Of a DNA stretch of 64,000 bases, positions 1-11,360 are shown piece by piece. The DNA is from Sphagnum compactum. Its lineage: Eukaryota. The position numbers and the translations under genes are program-made. Numbering within the stretch: position 1 is the stretch's first letter; the number at the start of each line of letters is the position of its first letter. Location of the stretch: positions 11,770,213 through 11,834,212 of the forward strand of contig OZ234493.1 in the NCBI GenBank assembly GCA_965153455.1. The letters run 5' to 3'. The notes beneath the pieces are model-generated. The model saw nothing but the letters and a program-made list of their open reading frames with translations, searched no databases and was not told where the DNA came from.

Positions 1-284
1 CTTGTGCAACATAAACTGCCCTTCTTTGTAGAAAGAAAACCCCATGTATTACTCTTCTGCAGTAACTTCGATTGCACAAAAAAAAGTAAAGGAGTTTGTG
101 CTTTGATTCCAGCCTAAGGACTCTCCGCATTCATAGCTCTCAAAAAGCTTCCAACAAACATCGCCCGACATATATGTATGTCTCCAATTCTGTAGGCCCG
201 CAAAAACCCTAGCAGCAATCTACCCTACAAAATGGGAAGAGCAGCAAGGGGTATAACAAAGAGGGCGATGGAGACTTCACTTAC

Positions 285-449
285 GGCATTGATGACATCG
301 TCGATGAAAGCTTGACTGTCGAATGCAAGATAGTGCACAGGGTACAAAGCCGGCAAAGACTCCAGGGAAAGAAGTATATCAGATTTGGTCCCTCCTTCTC
401 CTCCTCCTCCTCCTCCTCCTCCTGCCGCCCCTTGATCTTCCCCGCTCAT
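285..449 (-). CDS. First coding exon of a gene continuing leftwards, possibly kinetochore protein Mis12-like
   Basis: ATG at 449, 55 codons (MSGEDQGAAG8EGG...HYLAFDSQAFIDDVINA), then a GTAAGT donor at 284-279. The F-x-x-Q-x-F-I-D-D-V-I-N-A segment resembles the Mis12 N-terminus (by eye only). Later exons were not identified. Confidence 0.4.
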
Positions 450-964
450 CACCTTCTCGTGTGCCCTTATTGCAAAAGAAGAAGAAGAAGAAGAAATGAT
501 TCCGTCCATTGCGACGACGCCATCACACAAACACAGAGCGAAGCAAACAGCGAGAAAGACGAGAGGAGGAAGAAGAAGAAGAGGCGGGAAATTTTCGAAT
601 AAAAAATTATTAATTGGAATGGGGACCTTCATGGATGCATCTAGGATGAAAACGATCCATCCATGTATAGATGGTCTAATAAAAATCATCGAATTTGGTG
701 ATCTTCGTAATCTAGGAAAATTGATGTAATTAATTACGTTACCAAAACAGAGAACCAAATTCCAAAGTGTGAAGAATTGAAGGTGCCTAGGACGAGTCCG
801 GGACCAGTCCAGGCCCACATTTTTGGGGCTTGAATGAATTAGCAGCCACCAATGCACCAGTTGAGGATGAGCCCGTTCAACCCGTTTTGGGGATGAACCA
901 AAACCACATCCGGACTGCCCAAATATTTTTTTTTTCTCTCGCCTCTACTCTGCCCCAAAACATT

Positions 965-1085
965 TCTCCCCTACCTACCTTCCTCCCCCCTCCTACCTCC
1001 TACCTACCCCCTCCTACCTCCCCCCTCCTACCTACCTACCCCCCCCTACCTCCCCCCTCCTACCTACCTCCAACATCTTACCTCC
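965..1085. repeat. CCTACC/CCTCC-rich subterminal array of the MULE (left)
   Basis: Tandem cctacctcc/cctacctacc units, reverse-complementary in composition to the right-end array. Confidence 0.7.
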
Positions 1086-1315
1086 AATCGCCATCGCCAG
1101 AGCACCACAGCGAGAGCAGGAGCACCATCGCGGGAGCACCACAGCGAGAACGGGAGCACCATCGCGGGAGCACCATAGGCAGAGCGGGAACGACGAAGCC
1201 AGACCGGGAGCACCACAGCCAGAGCGGGAGCGCCGGAGCTAGAGTTTTTTTCCTGAAGCGGGAGCGCCAGAGCTTCAAGGTAAGCTTTTTTCCCTTCTTC
1301 TTTTTTATTTTGCAT

Positions 1316-2215
1316 CGTGGAGCTCCGAGCTGCAGCTCCAAGCTCGTGGAGCTTGGAGCTCGGAGCTGCGCTGGAGCTCCAAGTTCGTGGAGCTCAGAGC
1401 TCGGAGCAGCGCAGCTCCAAGCTCGTGGAGCTCAGAGCTCGGAGCAGCGCAGCTCCAAGCTCGTGGAGCTCAGAGCTCGGAGCAGCACAGCTCCGATCTC
1501 GTGGAGCTTGGAGATCGGAGCTGCAGCTCCGAGCTCCACGAGAGCTGCACGAGAGCTCCACGAGAGCTGCACGAAAGCTCCACGAGAGCTCCACGAGAGC
1601 TCCACGAGAGCTCCACGAGAGCTGCACGAGAGCTGCACGAGAGCTCCACGAGAGCTGCACGAGAGCTCCACGAGAGCTCCACGAGAGCTGGAGCTCCGAG
1701 CTCCACGAGAGTTGCACGAGAGCTCCACGAGAGCTCCACGAGAACTGCACGAGAGCTGCACGAGAGCTCCACGAGAGCTACACGAGAGCTCCACGAGAGC
1801 TGCACGAGAGCTCCACGAGAGCTGGAGCTCCGAGCTCCACGAGAGTTGCACGAGAGCTCCACGAGAGCTCCACGAGAGCTAGAGCTCCGAGCTCCACGAG
1901 AGTTGCACGAGAGCTCCACGAGAGCTACACGAGAGTTGCACGAGAGCTCCACGAGAGTTGCACGAGAGCTGCACGAGAGCTGCACGAGAGCTCCACGAGA
2001 GCTGCACGAGAGCTCCACGAGAGCTCCACGAGAGCTGGAGCTCCGAGCTCCACGAAAGCTCCACGAAAGCTCCACGAGAGCTGGAGCTCCAAGCTCGTGG
2101 AGCTCGGAGCTCGAAGCAGCGCAGCTCCGAGTTCCACGAGAGCTAGAGCTCCAAGCTCGTGGAGCTCGGAGCTCGGAGCAGCGCAACTCCGAGCTCCACG
2201 AGATTGGAGCAGCTC
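1316..2215. repeat. GAGCTC-rich satellite (about 11-bp CACGAGAGCT[C/G] unit), with some blocks in inverted orientation
   Basis: Dozens of cacgagagctc/cacgagagctg units. Flanking blocks (about 1316-1530 and 2090-2170) contain gctcgtggagctc in the opposite orientation. This explains the stop-free ORFs in several frames. Confidence 0.95.
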
Positions 2216-2958
2216 CCTGGAAAGCAAAATGTGCTACAACCACCAGAGAGTTCCCCTGTACCTTGAAGTCTGCATATATTGGCATGAAAACTTCAGATAA
2301 ATGTGACAACTTGCTATATTCATCTGATTTTATGCATTTCTGGATATGGTGATCATGTTTCCCCAAGTCCTAGATATCTTGGAGCATAAGTTATAAACTA
2401 TGGACTTCTTAATTTTGAGATATAAAAGTTCTTAGTCCCCATTTTTGTAGCTCACATAAGGTTTTGCTGATGTTTAGGCAGTCAGAACTCATGTGCTGCC
2501 ATATAAAAATGGTTCTCCTGCATGTCCAAAACTGTGGGATCTGCCTTCTCTCATTTGCTCTCCCCAAATATTGGGCACAGTGAAGAACTAAAGATTCAGC
2601 AGTGAATGCTTATCCAGGCTCTGGCCAGATTCTGGAAGTGTGTGCTGTTTCTATTTGTTAGATCCCTGCAGTGATGAATGTTCTCTGCTCCTTCCCATCA
2701 AGTCTGTGGGAATGGGAATGATCAACTTATGGGGTTGTTGTTCATTATAACTACTCTCTTTCCTCAGTTTTTCTTTTGAATTAGTCCTTTAAATTAGCTT
2801 GTCTTTCTCACAACATGCTCAAAATCAGTTGATCATCTGCCATTTTAGATGGTACACTTTCAAAGTTGAGCTCTCCCAACTTTTATGTCAAAGTTTGTGC
2901 TTTTGTTCATTACAATTAACAATTGGTAATAACTACTGGTTTAGGGTTGGAGGTTATA

Positions 2959-4469
2959 ATGGGTAGGAGGAGAGTAAAGAAAAGCGATGCAGCAGATGCG
3001 GGAGGTGCCCAGGAAATTGTCACCACATCAGATGCGGGAGGTGCCCAAAAAATTGTCATCACATCAAATGCGGGAGGTGCCCAAGAAATTGTCACCACAT
3101 CAGATGCGGGAGGTGCCCAGGAAATTGTCACCACATCAAATGCGGGAGGTGCCCAGCAAATTGTCACCACATCAGATGCGGGAGGTGCCCAGCAAATTGT
3201 TGCTAAGGATAATATTGCTGCATTAGATCGGGAAACTGGTGAGCATAATTGTGCTCTATCACAATTGAAACAGAAGGGTAGCATTGGTATAGATTACTTT
3301 AGAATTCGTGGACATTAGAAGATAGGACATTAGATTAATTACAAATTAATAAAATTGTACAAATTTCTCAAAATTTAATTGCACCTGCACCTTCCATTTG
3401 TTGGATGGTGCAGGAATTTTTTTGTCAAATTTTTTTTACTGCAATACCTTAGAACAGTTCATGTTTATAGAAGTAATATGTAATTTTGTGATTTGATGTT
3501 TTGCAATACCTGCATTTTGTTTATTGAACTTTCTATTTTTGGGTTTAGGTTCGGAACTGGAAACTGAGCAAGCTTCTCAACCACCTGCAGTTATTTGTCC
3601 ACCTAATCTGGCTCGGAAGGATAAGGAATGGACAAAGGTCGGGTCCAAATGGAAGTGCAAAGTCCACAATTGCACTGTCGCATATTGTGCGAAATGGCTA
3701 TTGACACAGCATTTGAAGGAGGTGCACGGCTTGGTGGCAGAAAAGTCAAAACCTGGGAGGCCTTCAACTACTGCAGGAGGTCCTCGGCATCAAGACCATG
3801 GCAAGATGAACGCTCGCATTTTGGGAGATGCGATGGCTGTGCAGAGGCGAAATGATCAGAAAGCTGCTAGTCGTGCTCGTGCCAAAGCAGAACGCGAGTG
3901 GAATCATTTGATGACTCTTGCAAAACAGTGTCCACCACTCCCAAAACCACCTTTGGTCAGATTTGCTTCAGAGCAATTGTTGAAGGTGTTGGGCCTTGAT
4001 GCCTGGGGCGTGGGCAGTGTGGCGCGAGATGCAATTGTACGAATGGAGAAGGATGATGACTTACAGGGGATGATCCGATCCACTCGTTGTGCATACGCAC
4101 GACAATTAAAGACGGCATGGGATGTGAAGAATTGGGAGCGAGAGTCCAGCAAAACAAATCGGACAAAACAATTATCGGATGTTTTGGATTTTCATGAATC
4201 TAGAATGATTCATGGAAGGTAAGAAAAAATATTAAGCAATGTTTTTTTTTTTTTACTGTATTTGATTCAAGGTGTGTTACGGTTTAATTTGGTGATTTTT
4301 GGGTGTTTGTAGGGTTCAGGACCAAACAAAGGCCCAATTTGTTGCAAATGCAGTTCAGATTGAGATGCAACGCCGCCATCTTTACACTGCTCATCATGCA
4401 GCAAAGGCTGCAAATGCAGCAGCTGCATATCGAGCTAAACGCGGGATTGTAGATACTGATATGGGTTAG
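2959..4469 (+). CDS. MULE-internal 368-aa protein with N-terminal 12-aa tandem repeats and one C2H2 zinc finger; function unknown
   Basis: Exons 2959-3238, 3549-4218 and 4313-4469 joined by phase-compatible GT-AG introns (1107 nt, TAG at 4467-4469). Contains C-x4-C-x12-H-x4-H (CKVHNC...HLKEVH) and about 6 copies of DAGGAQEIVTTS. An upstream AAG|GTAAGC donor at 1280 suggests a 5'UTR exon. Confidence 0.75.
2992..3200 (+). repeat. 36-bp coding tandem repeat (about 6 copies)
   Basis: gatgcgggaggtgcccaggaaattgtcaccacatca repeated in frame. Confidence 0.95.
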
Positions 4470-5870
4470 GGTTTCATTTTATATAATTAGTAAGGTTTTG
4501 TAGCCCTTTTCTTTTTTGGACTACCCAATTTTGAACTTTGATCCTTTGATATGTTATAGTGATCCAATGTTTTTTCTTCATTGGGTTCTCTAGTAATTTT
4601 CCATGCACCCATTTTTGTACATCTTTTATTAATATAATAGTATCGACTACTCACACTTGTTTGATGTGTATTTGGTTAATCCTATATGTCTTCTTTGTCA
4701 TAATTTTGTTTGTACTTGAGATGTAAGAATCAAATCAAAGATCAAAATAAACATTATACAATACTTACATCTAAGTTAATAGGACTCACATCACTTGAAG
4801 ACTTTTAAAATAATCCACGCATTTTAAACATATAATACCCACATCATTTTCTATTATGAACTCCATAAGACCATTTTCTAATATGCAATACCTGCATATA
4901 ACCTCAAAAAATAGCCACAGACATTTTGCATTAAATGCAATACCCGCATATAAGTCCCATAATAGGCAATGGCCTTTTTCATTCATTGCAATACCCTCAT
5001 ATGAGTCCCATAATAGCCGCTGGCATTTTGCATTCCTTGCAATACCCACATAAAGGGCACAAATAATCGTTGACATTCTTCATTCGTTGCAATACCCGCA
5101 TATAGTCTCCAAAATAGCGACTCGTTTTTTTGGGTTCTCTTGCAATACCCGCATATAGGTCCCATAATAGTTGCTGGTTTTTTCATTCATTGTAAAACTT
5201 ACATTTTGTCATAAAATTAATTTAGAATAATATTTAATTTAGGCATATAAAAAGACATAATTTTGGTACCCAGACCATTTTTGAAATGACATTACATGCG
5301 AGTATTGCATTTAGGGTTTAGGGTTTTCACATATGCTTTCCTCCAATCACCTATGTATTATTTCAGTATGATCTTGTAAATATGTATTGCATTTTTTTGC
5401 ATATAAAATTCCCCCTATAATGCACCATAGATTTATTTCATTTACTATTAATTTGTAAAAAAACTGTTAATTAATTTAGGGTTTCCCAAACTCTAAATTT
5501 CAATCATGGATTCCCAATCAACAACCCCAACCTCCATACACACCTTTGTTAGCATATGATTTTGAAATTAACTAGTTATTTTAGAGTGACCCTAAATGCA
5601 AGTATTGCATTTAGGGTAAGATCTTCATTTAAAAAAGGCTTAAACCCCACATGCGTATTTTTTGTGTGACCCAAAGTGCAGGTATTGCATTTAGGGTAGG
5701 ATTTTCGTATAAAGATGCTTAAACCCACATGCGTACAATAGCCTCCCGCCTAAGTACGCAACTTGAACCTGGGAGGAGTGTGCGTACTTAGTCGGTAGGT
5801 GCGCACTTAAGACCAATCACTTTTCTTTGTAGCCACAACAGCAGCTTTTGCAGCATCATTATCAGTATCT

Positions 5871-6592
5871 TAAACCTAAACCCTAAACCTAAACCCTAAA
5901 CCCAAAACCTGAACCTAAACCCTAAACCTTAAACCCTAAATCTAAACCCTAAATCTAAACCCTAACTTAAACCCTAAACCTTAAACCTAAACCCTAAATC
6001 TAAACCTAAACCCTAAACCTTAAACCTAAACCCTAAATCTAAACCTAAACCCTAAACTTAAACCTAAACCTTAACCTTAAACCCTAAATCTAAACCCTAA
6101 CTTAAACCCTAAACGCCTAAACCCTAAAACCTAAATCTAAACCTAAACCCTAAACTTAAACCTAATCCTTAACCTTAAACCCTAAATCTAAACCCTAACT
6201 TAAACCCTAAACCTTAAACCTAAACCCTAAATCTAAACCTAAACCCTAAACCTTAAACCTAAACCTAAACCTTAAACCCTAAATCTAAACCCTAACTTAA
6301 ACCCTAAATCTAAACCCTAACTTAAACCCTAAACCCCTAAACCGTAAACCCTAAATCTAAACCTAAACCCTAAACCCTAAACCTAAACCTTAACCTTAAA
6401 CCCTAAATCTAAACCCTAACTTATACCCAAAACCCCTAAACCCTAAATCTAACCCTAAACCCTAAACTTAAACCTAAACCCTAAACCTTAAATCTAAACC
6501 CTAAACTTAAACCTAAACCCTAAATTTAAACCTAAACCTTAACCTTAAACCCTAAACTTAAACCTAAACCCTAAACCTTAAACCTAAACCCT
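5871..6592. repeat. Interstitial degenerate plant telomere-like tract (CCCTAAA/CCTAAA/TCTAAA variants)
   Basis: About 720 bp of near-continuous CCCTAAA variants inside the MULE. Confidence 0.95.
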
Positions 6593-9254
6593 CTATAATG
6601 CACTGTAGATTTATTTTATTTACTATTAATATTTGTAGGGTTTAGGGTTTTAGGGTTTACCCAACCTTAACCTGTGAAAACCCAACCCTAAACCCTAAAC
6701 CCCTAAAATATTATATGTATTGAAAATGGATCAACAGTATAATTCCATAATATCATTATTTATGTATTAGGTTTTATAAATAACAATATATTTGGACCAA
6801 TATTTAAACCACTATTATGTGGTTTGATTTTTTTTTAACACAATTTAAAATCTCATTAAATTAAAGACTTTATATTTACGTTTTTAGTATGAATATACAA
6901 CTTTAAAAGGGGAAAAAAAATATGAACATCTTTGAAAAATATTTAAGCTTGAACTTTTTATTTTTTGATCTTCACAAACTTTGTATTGCATTTAGGGTTG
7001 GGTTTTCACATAAGGTTTGTTTTTTACCTTTGTGTGATAACTCCAACCTAATTTTCCCAATCTCTTTCAGGAAGATATAGAATGCAATTGTATTGTTTCA
7101 CATATGTCTAAACCCTAAAATTTTCCCCCCAATTTAATATAAAATATTTATGATAATTAATGAATTATCAATAAAATTTGTCATATAATTAAATAATTAA
7201 TAGACCATTATTTTAGATAATTTAGATGATTAATTATGAAGAATTAGATAATCATTTATTTATTTAAAATAATTAACCAATCATTTGGCTTAAATTTATT
7301 TACTTGAAAATAAAAAGTTGGATTTAATCAGATTAATTAATTTGATATTTGATTGACTAAATTTAGTATATTTTTGTTTTAATAAGTTATTGGAATCATT
7401 ATTTAAGATAATTATTCCATGTTATAAATTGCAAGTTCAACTTTTTCATGAAAATTTCTTACACCAAATTAAGCTTGATCACAATTGTCATTGTACTATT
7501 TGTTCCACAAATAATAGAACCTCTTTTCAAATTCATGAAAAAAAGTAAGGGTTAACTAATTATTTTAGAGTGACCCTAAATGCAGGTATTGCATTTAGGG
7601 TAGGATCTTCATTTAAAGAAGGCTTAAACCCCACATGCGTATTTTTCGTGTGACCCAAAATGCAGGTATTGCATTTAGGGTAGGGTTTTTTGAAGGTGAC
7701 TTTGCGTCTGCATATTGTGTATAGGGCTAGGTCTTCACTTAAGGGTACCCAAACCATTTAGATGGGGTTTTTTCAAACGTGGGTATTACATTTAGGTTTG
7801 TTTTTTCATTTCAACTTCAGACTTATACTTACCTTTACCAACTAGAATTTTGGGGTCTCATTGCAATACCTACATCCGTACTTACTTTTACCAACTGAAT
7901 AGTTGCTGACATTCTTCATTCGTTGCAATACCCGCATATCGATCCATGGTATTCGTTGGGTTTTTATAACATTCGTTGCAATACCCGCATATAGTTCCCA
8001 TAATAGCTGCTGGTTTTTTTTGGCATCTCTTGCAATACTCGCATATAGGTCTCATAATAGTTGCTGGTTTATTTTTGATCTCAACAAACTTTGTATCGCA
8101 TTCAGGGTTGGGTTTTCACATAAAGTTTGTTAATTACATTTGTGTGATAACTCCAACCTCATTTTCTCAATCTCTTTGAAGAAAATATAGAACGAGATTG
8201 TATTGTGTCACATATATTTAAACCTAAAAATTTCCCCCCAATTTAATATAAAATATTTCTGATAATTAATTTATTATCAAATAATTTAGATGAATAATTA
8301 TCAAAAATCAGATTGATTAATTTGATATTTGATAATTAACTGAAGTATATTTTTGTTTTAATAAGTTATTGAAATCACTATTTAAGATAATTATTCCATG
8401 TTATAGATTGTAAGTTCAGCTTTTTCATGAAAAATTCCTACACCAAGATAAGTTTGATCACAATTGTCATCGTATTATTTGATCCACAAACAATACAACC
8501 TCTTTTCAAATTCATGAAACGAAGTAAGAATCATGGAACTCCTAATCAACAACACTAACCTCTATACACACCTTTGTTAGCATATAAATTTGAAATTAAT
8601 TAATTATTTTTGTGTGCCCCAAAATGTAGGTATTGCATTTAGGGTAGGATCTTCATATAAAGAAGCTTAAACCCTATATGCGTCCTTTCGGAGTGGCCCA
8701 AATTGCAGGTATTGCATTTAGGGTAGGATCTTCGTATAAAGATGCTTAAACCCCACATGTGTATTTTTTGTGTGCCCCAAATGCAGGTATTGCATTTAGG
8801 GTGGGATCTTCATATAAACCCTAACTATACAAACCCTAACAAAAAGAAGAATTAGTGATATATGCCCTAAACCCAAAAAAACTATATAAACTATACAAAT
8901 CATATAATGCAAAATAACCAAATTTAAAAGAACATAGGAAAAAATTTAGAAACCAAAATTCAAAGGTTTTTAATTATAAATATTTATTAATTGAAAGAAA
9001 ATATGTTAATCTTTAGAAATAATCAAATAAATTTCGTACAAAACCAAAAAAGAAGATATGTCTTTTACCTTTGTGTGATTTTTCCAACCTAATTTTTCCA
9101 TTCTTTTTGAAGAAGGTATAAAATGCAATTGTATTACTTCACATGTGTGTAAACCCTAAAATTTTCCCCCCAAATTTAGCTTACTTTAAATTAATTATTA
9201 TACATTTATGAAAAACTTATCAATTAATTTACGTGTCTCAACCCTAAACCTAAT

Positions 9255-9745
9255 GATTAAGTTAGTAGGGTATGTAATTAATAGAGTAGCTAGGTTAGTA
9301 GGGTCGGTGGTTAGTACAGTAGCTTGGTTAGTGATGTGACCCAAAATGCAAGTATTGCATTTAGGGTATGATCTTCATATAAAGATGCTAAAAGCCCACA
9401 TGCGTACTTTCGAAATGGCCCAAAATGCAGGTATTGCATTTAGGGTAGGATCTTTGTATAAAGAAAGCTTGAACCCCACATGCGTACTTTCGAAATGGCC
9501 CAAAATGCAGGTATTGCATTTAGGGTAAGGTTTTTAGGGTAGGGTATGTAATTAATAGGGTAGCTAGGTTAGTAGGGTAGGTGGTAAGTACAGTAGCTAG
9601 GTTAGTAGGGTAGGTGATGAGTACAGTAGCCAGGTTAGTAGGGTAGGTGGTGAGTACAGTAGCCAGGTTAGTAGGGTAGGTGGTGAGTACAGTAGCTAGG
9701 TAGAAAAGTGAACAGGGTAGAAAAGTGAGCAGGGTAGCTATGTGT
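9255..9745. repeat. Right subterminal array of the MULE (33-bp GGTTAGTAGGGTAGGTGGTGAGTACAGTAGCCA-type units)
   Basis: Several tandem copies at about 9560-9700, interleaved with GTATTGCATTTAGGG units. Confidence 0.8.
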
Positions 9746-10269
9746 GAGGTCAGGTCTAGGGAAAAACGAGCAAGAAAAAAATAAAATAAAATACAGTGGT
9801 CAGCAGCAAAAAGAAATCGACTGTGATGAGCCCCATCCGGCGCCGAATGAAAAAACGCAACCCATCCAGTGGACAGAACGGCCAACTGGTGCATTGGTGG
9901 CTGTTAATTCACTCTGGCCCATTTTTGGATTGTCACTCACGTCGTTGGCTTTGCAAAGAACAAGGGGAATGTTGCGTACACAGCCGGTGAGCGAACATTT
10001 AAGCCTCAAGGCAGGTCGGATCCAAGGGGAGGGCTCCATTGTTTCTGGTGTCTAAACAAAACTTGAACCCCTCCTATTGTCACATCAGCATTAAAAATCG
10101 TCAAAAACTAAATAAATTGAGAAAAGTTATAGACCCCCTAAGTAGAGGGGTCAAGAACTCTAAATAAATAAATAATCTAATGTTACAAAGCCGGTTTTTG
10201 AACACCCAAAAAATTCTTTTTATATTGCTCTATTGCTATTAGAGTTTAAACATGATTTATAGAACTCAA

Positions 10270-11360
10270 TGACGCGCTCCCAAGTTCCTCGTAGACCCAC
10301 TTGAGGGTCCAAGTATGCGGCAATGCGGAAGGAGTTGGAACTTGGAGCCGCTCCCTAGCTCACAACACTTGAGGGGTAGAGGGGTGTGTTGGAGCTCCAG
10401 GATGGGACTAGGAAGAGTTGACAAGCTTACTCACTCACACGGCCTTGCACGAAACCCTCATGAAGTGGTTAGTGCATAGTTGAAGCACCTTTGGTGCTAG
10501 GAAGAGCCACGGGCAACCTTAGACTCACTTGATTCACCTCGGCCCGGACTTGGGGAAGCCACCACCTTCCCCCTTTATCACATTTGGGAACACCCTTGGG
10601 TGTTAGGACAAGCCACGGGCACTTGGACTCACTCACCACGGCCCGGACTTGGGAGTAAGTCAGCACCTTACTCCCTTGGGGAAGCCATCACCTTCCCCTT
10701 GGGGAAGCCACCACCTTCCCCCTTATAGTATACTCTGCAGCTCTCCACGGAGGCTACATCCAAATGGCCATTTTTCCCGGGACTCCCGCGTGGGAGTCCC
10801 GAAATCGCGCCAAATGGGACTCCCGGGACTTTGGAGCCCCATAACTTTGCGATCAGACCTCGGATCGCGATGCGGTCTGAAGCAAAGTTGTAGCTCTCGT
10901 CGAGAGCTTTCCAACGATATGTGGCAAGCCCCCTGCAGCTAAGTAAATCGGGTCGATTCCCGACTTTTAGTGGTCGGGAGTCAAACTGGCAGTTCGACTC
11001 CCGGCCCTTCTTTTGGCCATAACTTGTGTTTCAAATGTCCAAATGAGCAATGCGAGCCCATTTTAGACATCTAAGCTTCAAGAGCTTTCCATTGATATAA
11101 AGAGCGCCACAAGCCATTGAGATTTGGCCCCTCAAATCTCTCTCTGAAGTTTTGGGAGTCCCTTTGGGATTCCAACTCTCACCAACTCCCAACGTGGGAG
11201 TTCACTTGGGAGTGTGAGGGTTCACTCCCTCACACTCTCTGGACTCTTTGCACTCCTTGCACTCCCGGGAGCATGTGATGTGCCTCCCGGGTCTACTACT
11301 AGGCCCGTAACCTCACAACCCCTTTGCCTTGGTCGCAAGCCAAAGGCTAGGGTTACGACA
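10270..11360. mobile_element. Solo LTR of an LTR retrotransposon (1091 bp)
   Basis: Starts TG (10270), ends CA (11360), flanked by a 5-bp TSD CTCAA (10265-10269 and 11361-11365). GC-rich relative to flanks, no long ORF. It splits an AT-rich host sequence that rejoins as ...tagaactcaa|ggtgccgc... Confidence 0.85.

Larger units (their letters stand above)
827..9919. mobile_element. Non-autonomous Mutator-like (MULE) DNA transposon, about 9.1 kb
   Basis: 37-bp TIRs at 827-863 and 9883-9919 (33/37 identical, core TGAATTA.CAGCCACCAATGCACCAGTTG). Exact 9-bp TSD CATTTTTGG at 818-826 and 9920-9928. Subterminal CCTACC-rich (left) and GGTAGG-rich (right) arrays. A 9-bp TSD with G-starting TIRs is typical of MULEs. 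No transposase ORF seen. Confidence 0.85.

Noticed and set aside
830-2366. Long overlapping ORFs of 298-350 aa (RAPRELHESST repeats)
   Set aside because: They arise from a stop-free 11-bp satellite that is open in several frames on both strands.
2992-3200. CRISPR-like regular 36-bp repeats
   Set aside because: Head-to-tail with no unique spacers, in frame within a eukaryotic exon, and no cas genes.
5871-6592. True telomere or chromosome-fusion site
   Set aside because: Degenerate and enclosed by matched TIRs and a TSD, so it is internal to a transposon.
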